Positions 14,622 through 26,975 of a stretch of DNA of 64,000 bases are shown here, one piece after another; within the stretch, counting starts at the first letter, position 1; each line of letters starts with the position of its first letter. A program made the position numbers and the translations under genes. Source of the stretch: Ophelia neglecta. Lineage: Eukaryota. Where the stretch lies: positions 20,646,001 to 20,710,000 of the forward strand of contig OZ260663.1 of assembly GCA_965285935.1 (NCBI GenBank), read 5' to 3'. The notes beneath the pieces were generated by a model. It searched no databases and was not told the DNA's origin. It worked only from the letters and a program-made list of their open reading frames with translations.

Positions 14622-15349
14622 CTACAATTTACACGTTGCAGGAATTTGCACGACTACCTCATCGCCTGCCGAGCTATCGGTGTGATCGTTAGCCTCGAGT
14701 GATTTCGAACTAGTGGAATGTTGAGACGGAAGCAGTTTAGGGGCAGACGACACTATGTCCCGTTGCTGGGGAGCAATGTTTGCTTCCGGGAGCGGTGTTG
14801 TTGGCACGGACTTACTCAGTGTTTGTAACGCTATTCGCTACTGCGTCTGGTATGTTTTATCATTAATGACTCAGAAATGGTTTTAAATTTCATAGATATT
14901 CTTCCTTTCCTGCATTCGACCTTTTCACCAGTCTCCGAAAGCAACCCGACACTTTCCGGTGGCGCCACTGTGGGCCTATTTTTTGCTGACTCTTCAGCTT
15001 TCAATTTTTGTTCCAAAGTCTGTAGATGTAATACCATCTTTTGGACCCGGAAGCGATGGGCTGCTCCTTCCGGGTTGTTTCGAAAGTTCAAATAATTTTC
15101 GTATGCTGCCTCTTCTTCAATTTCTTCCTTTTCACGCTTAAGGTACATGACAATAGCCACAATAACTCCTATAGAATAAAACAGCAACACCACCACGATG
15201 TAGAGAAGGGCGTGTCGGTCGCGATCGGCCAGCTGCGACAGGCCTGCCTCCGATGTTCCATTGGCCGTCTTCTTCGTCAGCTGACCCAAACCGACATTAG
15301 TCACCATGGTGATGTTATGGCAGACGGCTGTCAGATCTACGTTTGGCAT
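14622..15349 (-). CDS. KCNE-like single-pass membrane protein, copy A. ORF 14831-15349 (172 aa); the ancestral C-terminal tail continues in another frame to 14622
   Basis: No signal peptide, sequons N12 (NIT) and N30 (NGT), one TM at aa 47-70 (ALLYIVVVLLFYSIGVIVAIVMYL), then KREKEEIEEEAAYENY. Highly similar to copy B. 14622-14835 (RIALQTLSKSVPTTPLPE...KLL...KSL...EVVVQIPA) aligns to the copy B C-terminus after a 1-nt frameshift near 14836. Confidence 0.8.
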
Positions 15350-15507
15350 TTAAGTATTATCCTTTATTGAATAGTTTATCACTGGATCATGTTAAGACAG
15401 CCTTCACGGCAATCATATCTACCGTTGTTTTTGTGTGGCACTCAATCCCAGGATGCATTGCGCCTCGTAAGAATATGGCTCATAGTCTGTCTGGCTCAAT
15501 GGAAAAT

Positions 15508-15799
15508 CTGAAATGGGAAAAACAACATGTATCAGATTCAAAGATATTACATGTAAAGCACAAAGTAATTCTGAGATAGAGAGAAAGGCAATAAATAGCG
15601 GGAGTGAACACCCGGCAGACAAAACCGAATCATCAATCTAGAATAGTCCATTATACGGTCCGAAATCATCAGAAAACTGAAGGCACAGGGCCCACACATC
15701 AATCGATCTCTCTCCAGCTCCTAAATAGTAAATAAAATTGTAACGTAAATAATAAAATATGCAAACATAAACATATGATTTACTATGAAAAGTACTCAC
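15508..15799 (-). other. Putative 5'-UTR intron of copy A
   Basis: Minus-strand donor CTG|GTGAGTAC at 15799 and acceptor TTTTTCCCATTTCAG| at 15508. The coding region lies within one exon. Confidence 0.55.
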
Positions 15800-18162
15800 C
15801 AGTTGTCCATTATGTTGTTCAGAATACAAAATAACAAACGAGCATAAAAAGTTCCAGATATGAAATATATAGAGTTAACTAACTAGTAAAATATAAAGTA
15901 CTGGACCCTATTTGCATGTGTGTATCCAATTACGTTCATCCTGACGATGACAGGTGGAGTGGATGAGGCCTATAAGCGAATGTTGATAGAGGCATTTAGC
16001 CACCTGTGACGTTAGCCATAAGAACTATAGATTGTATGGCAGTGTGTGTGATAAGGGTTTTGGACGGCAATGCGGTTAATCAAAGACTTGAGGATGTCAA
16101 TTAGCAAATGGCATAACCATTGATAACTATTTAGTACTAGGCCAGACACTCATGTCCTGTTGAAACTGTGTTGCTAAGAAGCAATCTTTAATTTCCCGCT
16201 GCGGCTTGTTTCATTATTAAAGAGCGCAAGCAAAGGGTGATGATTCAATATTAAGAGCGTGAGGTCATTCTAAGCCAGGTCCCACACCATATGAAGTGTA
16301 TAGGATTGCCTATATATTCGCGCACATGCATCAAAAAGTTTCCCAAAAGAAAAATCAACTATTCATCCACTTATTGTTGTTTTTTTGTACAATCGTTGAG
16401 TTTGATTGTACAAAAAGATATCGATTTATAAAATGTTGAGGAAATAGAAAATATGAAGTCCAATATAACCATGCCCTCAACTATTTACTGGCATTAGTTT
16501 GAGCCAACATCGCAGAGCGAGGATTGTGGCGCAGACTTCATGGTATGGGCGATCCATGAGCTATTGATTAATTAAGTGGCCATGTAGATCTAATAGGAAA
16601 AGGCAATGAATCGTTTCCGGCTGGCTGAAACGATTCCCACGTCGACGGCATGGACACGATTTAGATTATTAAACCCATTTACCCTGGATATGGGCCCCAG
16701 TTGAGTATTTATGGACTTGACAATGACATTCTGAGCCCATTGATCCTGAACAAACAGCGCTAATTTTGAAGGATTGCAAACACAACTTTCAGCCAGCCTC
16801 ACGCCAAATAAAAACCAACCGACAGAAAACTTCATTGCTGTTTAGGAATGGTCGCATAGAAACTAATAATAATCGTTATTATTCATAGATCTTAAACAAT
16901 CGGATTTTGAGTTGAACCTGTTCAATATCATGTTTGAAATAATAAAAGTGAGTTTGTACAACCATATTAAGGCCCCATAAATACATAAGAATCCCCTTCA
17001 ATTAAATTTTTTAACAAGAGATGTATGTAAAAATAAAACTAATCAATAAATATTTGGTGGAATAAATCTAATCAAATAAATTCGACAATGGTGACCAAAT
17101 TTCCACAATAGTAACATCTACAGGAAACTGAATATGCCCATAATATTCGAAGATAACACCTCCCCAATGTATGTGGACATTCGATCTTTAAAATGGCGGT
17201 AGTATTGTTCATAACGCTCTTTTTTTCAAACTTTGTCCAGTTACTTGAAAATCCACTTGAACCACCATGGCTAGGTGATTTAAAAACTGAAGTTATTACC
17301 CGTTTATGATTAATCTCTTAGAAAAAGTACACCATGCGTGGCACAAAGATTAAACTTTGGACTGCTTATGATCACACGAAGGACGTATGCATATATCCCT
17401 AACATCTAGCCATGTTATTGTAAATAGAATCAAGGACATAAATCCGTGGGGTATTTTCTATCCTTAGGACTTGATTACCATATTCCGCATACCTAGCACA
17501 CCTGCTAATTCATTGAAAGATCAAAGACTAAACTTCTCCGACCCTAAGATTGCAATTGATATCTGAACTCAACTGTTCAAGACTGGTATGCAATAGTTGC
17601 CATATATGCTTTGGACAGGTCTGGTTAAATGGGGAATGGATCAGCTGGACCAATTTGTTATTGATAATTTATATGGTGGTGACATTGTGAATGATAAGGC
17701 CAAAAAGCTAACTGGGTCAATGAATGTAAGAGCTAATGACTGGTGTTTAAATTAGATAGCTCTGCTGTAATACTAATGAGCCTGTGGTCAAAGGAGCTAG
17801 ATCGACTTGTGACATCGGCACTTGTAGTGAAGGCTTTGCATGTCAGCCTTACCACAGCCCATGTACTATTTTCTCATCCAATATATGATTCCATTGATAA
17901 CATCTACTTTTTTCATTAAGGAAATCGTTAATACAACTGCTGAAATCAAAGGCTTAGTTTATGCAGATATAACATTATGTTTCATTCCTTTCATTCGGTA
18001 TAATCTATAAGACAATGGCGCATAGATACGTCTAGGTGTGAAGGCAACTCGACGTGTCCATAGTCTGTTGTGTAATTTGTTATATCATAAAAAAGCTCAT
18101 GATATATCCGTTTTTTAATTGTTTCCTGTTGTTCCTATGTCACTGTAAATGTCTTAACTTAA

Positions 18163-19208
18163 AGGCCGGTTCACACTGCCCAAAAGTCGCGTAAACGCAT
18201 GAATCACGCATAAAAATTTGGTTGTGCGTGCTTGTCCGTCGAGAATTTGATCATTTTCGCCGATGTACGCGATGAAATATCACCGATGAATGGCGCAAGA
18301 ACTACGGAAAGATCACGCACAAATCACTAACAAACCACGCACGTCAGCGCATAGACACGCAAAGGCCCCAAACAAAGAGAGTACGTGGTTGTACGCGACG
18401 TAAGCTCAACGGAAAACCACGCATAATCTGCGCACTATCACTACTGAACTATACGTATGAATTGCGCATGAATCACGCATGATTCGCGCATGAACTGCAT
18501 CGCACTCAGTTGCGTCCGTTCCGTGCATATATAAATGATGCGATCGCAGCCTCTTGGCATTCCCGTTCAAGTCGCAAGCAGCACTTTTATCCAGGATTTC
18601 TTCTTCATCCGATTCATACTTATAACCCTGACCATGCCTCCCAAGAAAGGCCGTCAGCCGACCAGGACCAATCCAAAGAAGGTCGGTGGGAAAAAAAAGA
18701 GGAAGGTCCCAACTGCTCCTCCTATAGAACATGTGCCTGGTGATGCTGTGTCTCCAGGGGATGCCTCTGCGAATGACGAGGTCGCCAGGTCCCCGAGGTC
18801 CCCGAGCCCTCCCCCACCTGTTACATACGCCATTTATTTTTTTGTTCAGTGATTTTCAGTGATACGTAGGGGTTACAAGCGCTAAACATGCACTAAACAT
18901 GCGTAATATATCTGCTAATCATCAGTGGAAAGTCGTCGATGAACGCGATTGCGGCAACAGTTTCGCGAACGATCACTGATATTCCACGCATATTTTACAC
19001 ATTGTCCGCGCAAGAGCCACGCAAACTACGCAAAAATAACGTAAAACAGCGCAATACTGCGTAAACTCTTACGTGAAAACGAGTTTTGAGCTGTTCAAAA
19101 CTTGGAAAACGCGCAAATCACGGATGTATCGCGGAGGTATCGCGTAAGACTCGAAATTTGTGCGTGATTCATGCGTTTACGCGACTTTTGGGCAGTGTGA
19201 ACCGGCCT
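18163..19208. mobile_element. Non-autonomous PIF/Harbinger-type DNA transposon (~1046 bp, internal deletion derivative)
   Basis: Perfect 48-bp TIR AGGCCGGTTCACACTGCCCAAAAGTCGCGTAAACGCATGAATCACGCA and TAA target duplication (18160-18162, 19209-19211). Subterminal (C/T)ACGCA repeats. Internal ORF start MPPKKGRQ..KKKRK at 18634. Confidence 0.9.
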
Positions 19209-21059
19209 TAATTAAGTAGCAACCTAAATCATATTTAACCAAACATCCTGACAATAAGAATGAGTGTGATCAGAGAATTAGTCTTATTAATAAATTATGT
19301 CGCTTGTAAACGAAAAATAGCCAGCAAAATTCTTTCAGTTTGGCGCAGTACTTAGCGTGGTGTAAATTTATGGGTTACGCATAGGCATTTTGACAACTGT
19401 CTGGTACTTTGAGAGCCGTCCAAAAGTCAATAAATCACTCAAGGATGTTTGCATTCAAGCAAGGGTGATAGTTTATCACATAAATGTCTTATTATACAGC
19501 TGAGCAATTGTTTGTATGGACAATTCAAACATTTATGTATCAGTTACTTTTTTATTGCTTTAATTATAGTCCTTCTGTCTCTCCTTAAATCATGTATAAG
19601 CTACGCAATACAATTCAACCCCCACCCCTTCCCCCGCCTATGGCTTGGTTAATCAAGCCATAATCATTCTTTAGATTACTAAGCGTAGTTCAAAGCCATC
19701 ACACCAACAAGCTGCACTTATATATGTCTACTTAGCATTGAACTAATGTCTAACTAATCACAATCGGAATGTAACTTGAATACTCTAACAAACATTACAA
19801 TGTCGCAGTCTCTAAGTGCTCAGTACACACTCAATGTTTGAATTACGGCCATGTTATTCAGTAACAACATTTCAAAAGGACCACCAATTAGAGTTAGTTA
19901 CAAAACTGTTAGTGATATGTCGTAATTAATCATGGTGATGCCCTTCACTCGCTGTCAAACATGCATCTCTCAAAGATAAAATACACGTTTTCGCCAGTTA
20001 ATACAATAAATACCAAACGAGATTAGTGAATGCAGCAACAGTTCTTGTAAGGCTTGAACGAACTAGTCCAAATAGTCATGTGTCTGTCCTGCATAGTTAG
20101 TAAAAGTACGGCTCATCATTGTCTATTAGATTTCTAGAGAACTTATAATATCTGCGGTTACAAGTCGAATTAAATCACAGGACACATCTGTATAGGCATG
20201 TAAGCTTGTGTCAATCTGTAGTAGAAAATAAATCAAATAGACAATGTGCGTTGTCCACGATTTACTCGCTGACTAAGGCCCCCCATCAATCTACAATTGT
20301 CTATATGCATAGTTGCAGCTGATATGTTCTTTATTTGTTTTGATCAATCTAGTCACTAACCATAGACCGCACATCTATATATTCCATGTTGGGCGAAGCT
20401 ACTTGAACTAAAATTTCTATTGCTTTTTAATATAGTCTTCACTGCTGTCTGTGGCCAGATCAATACAGATATGTGTAGACAGCTGGTGTTGACACTTGTC
20501 CATCCATATTTACATTGATGTATATGTGGAAGCAGTTCACACAGAGCAGACCTGCGTTATTGTGCAGTAAATTTGTTTCAATTGTACTTATATGTTATTG
20601 GCAGAACGAGAATTGACTCCACGACACTCAAAAATGGTATATTAATAAAAAATCCTAAGTTATGATTCAATTTAAATAATCAATTTAGATTAATTGATTA
20701 ACAGTACAGAACCATCATAGGGAGGCGATCAATCACCCGATATCAATATTCATTTAAACCTCCTGTTATGAAATTAAAACTGGAAATTCTAACAAGCCAA
20801 TATCAATCCACTACATAAGGCCCTGCTTGTGAAACAAATGATGTTGCTAAATGTCGAGGGCAATACGAATGAAGACGTTCTTGAACACAAACGACCTGAG
20901 TATCATGCCATAACATCGGGGCCTAGCAATAGCTGGAATATGATATAAGATGCCATATTAATATGCGATTCATATATATTTGTGGTGATTTCATGATGAC
21001 CTGAATGAAGGCAAAGTTTTGAAATAGTTTCCACCACATGTGCGATCCTTTTGTGTGTC

Positions 21060-21690
21060 ATATTATTATTACTAATATTATTTTTTTTATTATTACACAT
21101 TTATATAGCGCTACATACACGATGCTCTATATCGCTTTACCACACTGCAACATTAATGAAAAACATACATTTTAATAAAGTATACAAAGAAGAACACCAT
21201 TAAAATACAAAATATAAACACTAAATGGATGTAAGGTAAAAAAAGAGGTTGAATTAAGAACTTGTCAAAACAAAATTAATAATATTGCCTCAGTTGAATC
21301 TAAAGAACTCATCAAAGTGCCTCTCACAGTGGGTTTTCAAGGAAGTTTTTAAAAACTTCACTGATATATTCAGCTTAGAGTGCAATGGTGGCGAATCCAA
21401 GAGTTCTGGGGACATCACAGAAAACTGGCGTTCACAATATTTTTGTGTCCTATGAGTGGGTACAATCATGGTGTGAGTAGAGCTATACCGTTTCTGTTTT
21501 GTCAAGACATGTATGCTGGGGCAAGATATTGTAGCGCATTGAAAGTCAGTAGATACACCTTGAATCTGAAGCACTGACTGACAGTCAGTTGATGTTAATC
21601 TTTGAGTACAGGTGTAGTGTAGTTAGACTTTCTGATTCCAGTGACTAGTGTCGCTACACTGTCCTAAACCCGTTGCAGCCTATTCACCAT
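21060..21690 (-). mobile_element. L2-clade LINE 3' fragment
   Basis: Remnants NRLQRV..LVTG.RK, TPVLK, FSVMSPELLDSP and LKTSLKTH, corresponding to AFSVAAPRLWNSLP..LKTHLF. 3' end GTAAAGCG...GCGCTATATAAAT followed by a (TAA)n tail at ~21060-21140. Confidence 0.7.
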
Positions 21691-22950
21691 GTAAAACCTG
21701 CTGATTGCGTACCGCATTGTGTTAACTCGGCCTTACTAGGCGGTAATGTCGAGTTATCGTCTAGACAGCATTACCAACTTCAATTAATGCTGTGTGTCAT
21801 GACAGACAGCATTACCTGAAGTTGGTAATGCTGTCCGATAGACACACAAAATTTCCCAGCGTTTACATGGCTTTACCCCATAAACGTTTAATTTTGTTCT
21901 CAGTCTTCACTGCATATCTGGAAGAGAAGCGATAGATAAATCATACAGAATAGGTTTCATTTTTAATCTGTTTGAACCAAGGATTTTTTTCTATTAAATG
22001 GTTCTTGCTTAATATACTGTTTAATAATAAATCTGATGCCATGTGTCCGAGTGCACACAAGACAGCTTTAATGAAACTAGATATGTTTATAAGTGTAGTC
22101 TCAAAGAAATTTAATCAGGAGGCTTACTTTTTAGTTGATAAATCTTTCAACTCTTCCTCGCTGACCATGGCAAAACGCTGTTCTGCAAGCTGCTTTTCTA
22201 CTTCTTGGGAAGCGTATATCAATTGTTGGTCGCTTATCTCATTTGCTTCATCAGTAAACAAAGTTTCTTCTTCTATTTTCTGCGTAGCTAGCAGCAAACT
22301 TTCATCACTGTCACTGTCATTCAGGAGCCCCAGATCAAAGTTGCCGACATCTATCTGGTGTGCCATGGTGATCTTGTGCCAAGAGATCTTGCAAATGTGT
22401 TGTTTATATGGCTTCGGAACGTTCCAATTATTGAACCATGTCTGCCTTCTAGTAAGGTAGGCATGCATGGCCGTTGGCTTCTCTATTGCGTCATTCAGTC
22501 CCGACTCGCAGCAGGTTTTACATATGTCAATACCCTCAGAAGTCGGCCTTACGGGGAAAACGAACTGCTTCGGCTGACGCCTCAGCAGTTCTTATTTCCC
22601 CGTAAGGCCGACTTCTTCGGGCATTAACCTATACGTAAAATCTGCTCGTTATGCAATGCATTGTGTTTACGTGGCATGACCCGGCAGTAATGTCGAGGTA
22701 TCGTCGAGACAGCATTGCGAACTTCTGGTAATGCTGTCTGTCATGCGTGACCAATGGTAATAACAAGTGTCAACTATGTGCTGCTGTGGTTCCTACATCC
22801 AAACCAAGCGTGGCCACTAGGCACCAGTTGATATAGTAGATTTTACGAAGCAACGGTCATGCATGGCTTGCTCCTACTAGCAGCAGATTTTACATATGTC
22901 AATACCCGAAGAAGTGAGCATTACGGGGAAAACGGACTGCTGAGGCGTTA
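21690..22950 (-). mobile_element. Internally deleted Crypton-like (tyrosine-recombinase, DUF3504-type) transposon
   Basis: Exon 1 22366-22128 (MAHQIDVGNFDLGL...QRFAMVSEEELKDLSTK), GT-AG intron 22127-21918, exon 2 start KYAVKTENKIK, resembling Crypton/ZMYM/QRICH1-type N-termini. ~60-bp-arm hairpin at 22510-22646, with related repeats at 21700-21840, 22650-22745 and 22880-22950. No terminal TIR or TSD found. Confidence 0.6.
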
Positions 22951-23334
22951 TTGGTGTTAACATGACAATAAACATGGCAGCAAAACCGCATATGCATTTA
23001 TACAGTAAGGAAAAAATGCTATTCATATAACTGCCGGTGCCCATATGAAATTCAGCAGCACATCAGGAAATAAAGAAACACAGGGCCCTTATTTAACATA
23101 TTTACGAATGTTCTTGGTGATCTCTGTGAGTAGATATATACCTGTACTAGAAGAGACATTAATTTTGTCCAAGACCCGACACAGTGGTGAACTATTATTG
23201 TTTCAGTGGGGTCGTAAAATCAGCTGTTATTATCCGTCGGTTTTATATATATGTGGTAAGCACATTAAAGCCTTGGCCAAAAGGAGTCGTTGTTCGAAGC
23301 AGATGCCTTATTTTTAGTTGTCACATAGCACCAG

Positions 23335-23580
23335 CTTGGTTGGGTTGGTTGGGCTTAACTGGCTTTCAACACTTATACGGTCATATCGCCACTGTGCCTA
23401 CTCGTGATAGTGGCCTCAATGCGCTCTTTAGAGTGCTGCCTCACTGGAGTAACTGCCGTAGACAGCAGACAGGGAACCCCACTCAGTCACATTACACTGA
23501 CAACGGGTTGATCAGTCGCCAGCTTGGTTGGGTGATCAAGCAATGTCTCTTGCAGAGTCCCCTCAACATATCGCCATGCC
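23335..23580 (-). mobile_element. SINE fragment with a Meta/MESC-like core, as known from molluscan SINEs
   Basis: gtgctgcctcactggagtaactgccgtagaca...cccactcagtcacattacactgacaacgggttgatcagtc matches the recalled core GACTGGTCGGCCCGGTGTCAGTATAATGTGACTGGGTGGG on the minus strand. Tail ttaagcccaaccaacc. Confidence 0.6.
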
Positions 23581-26500
23581 AGGCATAGGTTTCTCGTTGG
23601 CCAAACCAGTTTATACGATAAACTGCCTATATATTTTCTTTTGTAGGAAAAGCTACAGTTTTAATTGTAGAAAGTCATTGCTGGTATATTATCGCATGTC
23701 CCCCAGCCCAAAAAGAAACAAATAAAGGCCTATTTAAAAAAATATATATAAAGTTATGGCAGCGCAGTATAAAAGGACATGACGTTAACTGCCATCGATA
23801 CATGCGGGTCCACAGAATCCAGGTTATGACATTGCCATTTCAGATGATCCGAACTCTTCAGAATGTCCTCACTTTCATGTGGATGAAAGGCTATTTCTTT
23901 TATTACTCAAGGTTTTGATAATATATCTCCCGAGACAATTGCCAGAACTCAAGACGTTTAGCTAAGATCGGGCTTGTATGGTCCAAAGACCTTTCGGCGA
24001 GTAGCGAGATAAAAAAGCGAGTGGCAAGTTTCAAGAAAGCAAGTTATGTTATTAAGAGGGGGGCACAAAGTGTATATGAATGAGCACTTCGGGAGAGAGG
24101 GGATTAATGTGTGGAGGGAGGGGGGATGTAACTGGGGGACTCTTGAAGATGTGACAATGCCATCCACTAGTAGCTGTAAATGAAATAGGGAGGTTTAAGG
24201 CAGAAACATGGGGGCTCGGAGTATGTTCCGAGGTAGTGTGTCCCGGGGTGGGCGGGGTTGGGGGTGGGTTGTGGGGGATGGGAGGGAGTTTATATGAGCT
24301 TGGGGTCATTAGGATGCAACATTGACTTGTATAATTAGATAAAAACCTGGATAGGTTGGGAAAACGAGGATGGCGGGAATATGGGTTGGAGAACACAGAA
24401 ACAGGGGGACTTATATATAGGCGTACCGTAGGTATTACTGGCACAGCCACGTCCTCCTCCCCCACGTGGGCACACTTTCAAGGTCGCCTTAACCCCACCA
24501 CCTCCACCAACCCAACCCCTGCCCGTTTTCTCAAACAATGGCTCCCGGCACTCGGCGCTACTTAATCCCCTCGATACTGCAGTAAGATGTAAACTAATTA
24601 TGAACCAGTCACGCTTTTATTTCGACCAAACACGTGCAATATATAGGAAATGGTACACTTCGTGTCACTCTGATTCAGAAAAGTGACCCAAAAGTAACAC
24701 TTAACACATCAATTTTTGATGGTTCTCACCTTCGGTAGCTGGATAGTAACTAAATAGACACACGTATAGGTGAATAAGCTGACTACGAAGGTTATAAAGG
24801 GTTTTCATGTTGCACATGTCAAACGCTTTCAAATGGGGAAGATATTATATTTCTACACATGTATGCAATATTGATTGTATTATCATTTACGCAACCTTGT
24901 ATTGAAGTACATCCTAGAAGGTCGGTGAGCTTAGCAGCAGGATATCCTTGGCATGCAATAAACAAGATATGACAAATAAAAACGGTGCGTTTCATATGAC
25001 AAAGTGCAAGGTATATTCTAAATGTCATTACTAGAGATCAAACTAACATGTTAAAGCGTCCATGAATATGTATGATGTCAGTTGAGACTGTATAAATCGG
25101 AGATTGCTAAGATAAAACTGGAGCCAAAGTCAACAGCTGTCGCAATGAATCTCCAGTATCGGCATATACACGAAATATCTATGTTTATATAAATATATCA
25201 ATAATCGGTTGAAGTTTGCAGACGGAACATGCAATTTTTTGGCATTCGATTTCAAAAAGCAATTCAATTGGTAAGAGCATTTAAAGAAAGAAAATACGAG
25301 ACGTTTAAGCATATACAAGTAGCAAGAATAACTTAATAGAATAACGCTGAAAAACATATATGTTGGTCTCAATAAAATACATGTTTAGTGGGCATATACA
25401 AAGGCTGGCATAAGTGTCGGATGTCCAGGCTTGTGTCGTGGACAAAAACTTAAATCATAAACGTGTCCTTTCAGTTCAGGGTTTGATGTTTAAATCTAAC
25501 TGTGTATAGGCGTAAGCGTTCTAACTGTTTTACTCAACTATCTAAGCTGTCTTAAATAGTTTTCCACATGCCCTAATGGGAACTGCATTGGGAAATGTAG
25601 ATTCCTTAGTGATTTCAATGTAATGTTCAACGCGACTAGCGTTAGAACGGAACAGTGGTTTTTCAAGTATGTTCTGAATTCTTGGGCATGCCAAAATAGA
25701 TATGCGCCTGCCAACGAAGTTGTTTAAGCACTAAATAATTGTGCTTTAAACCATGTTCAAAGAAGCAAATAATTCACCAAAACAATCACTACCATCAATT
25801 CTATGCGAAAACGAACGTTTACCAAGGTCGAAGATAGATATATCCTCCGTTTCACTAAGTTAAACACATGCCTTGAAGTTTTGTGGAGTCTTATTAAGCA
25901 TTCCATCAGGTCTTAATCGAGTCAATCACGTAGAGTCGATTGCTCCTTTTTCGACAGTCCGTTCTAAGGCTCTAGTCGCTAATAAAATTATTCTTGACCA
26001 TTGGGGAAGTGCTGTAGGAAATAAACTTTTGGCATCTTGATAATATATATAATCCATTATACAATGTGGCCTTTGCGCCCATTTGCTACCAGTGCCCCAA
26101 CTCAAACTTCGAAAATGCAGCTGTAATTGTAAAAACACGCCGAACACAGAGAGCCGCTGTGCCTTGATGACACTAAGGCAACATCAATAAAAATGAAACA
26201 CTGCAATAGAAAAAAATTGTAGTCAAAGAAACGTGCAGAGTATCGCTTTTTCTTACCTGGCATGTACATGGTATCTACGACTTTAACGTAGACGCTTATC
26301 AGCATGTGGTAGTCTGGTAGACTTCATTTACTCAAATCGTTAGCAATATTTCACTGGACATACCCAATCCCACTATGCCGACTCTATGACTGGTTAAACA
26401 AACTCGTTAGATCTTGATATATAAAGTCATCAATAACACTGGTACATATGCATGTGATGGGGCTTATCATTCTAACATGCATGGACATGTATAAACAGCA

Positions 26501-26689
26501 GGTAGGCCTTTACCTATGATGCTGTCATAAAAGCCATTTGGAATGCAAACGCGTTGAATATACAGATGTGAGGATGCTTATTGCAATTATCACGGGTCAT
26601 CAACGATTTTATACACGTTTATTGCACTGGCGTCATTTAAGATTGAACTAAAAACTTTATTTTATATGTATAAGAATTTAATCAAGTTG

Positions 26690-26975
26690 TTTTCTTCCCA
26701 TTTATGCTTAAATATTTCATTGTCCAACAAATCGCTTGGTAAGTAATGCCGGCAGAGTCCGAACTGGTACCCTTAAGCATAAAAGATTTCATACATGTAA
26801 ATTGCACCGTTCGGCGTCCTTTTAGGACAAACTGAATAGTGTATTTTATATTTATTAGACATAAATCAAGTTTATTTCTTCCCATTTTTGCTTTAATATT
26901 TTATTGGCCAACAAATCGCTTAATTGGTATGTAATATACCGGCAATGAGTCCATGCTGGTGCCTTTTAAAGACTG
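26690..26975. repeat. Diverged direct duplication of ~90 bp, period ~185 bp
   Basis: tttcttcccattt(a/t)tgctt..atattt..ttg.ccaacaaatcgct..tggta.gtaat..ccggca..gagtcc..ctggt.cc at ~26690 and ~26875. Confidence 0.7.

Noticed and set aside
14877-15370. Plus-strand ORFs antisense to copy A (and 37365-37703 antisense to copy B)
   Set aside because: These are shadow ORFs; the conservation pattern and splice signals favour the minus strand.
23990-24570. G-rich tract with a Pro-rich 137-aa ORF and G-quadruplex potential
   Set aside because: Low-complexity sequence, probably a decayed repeat; ends and coding signal are not supportable.
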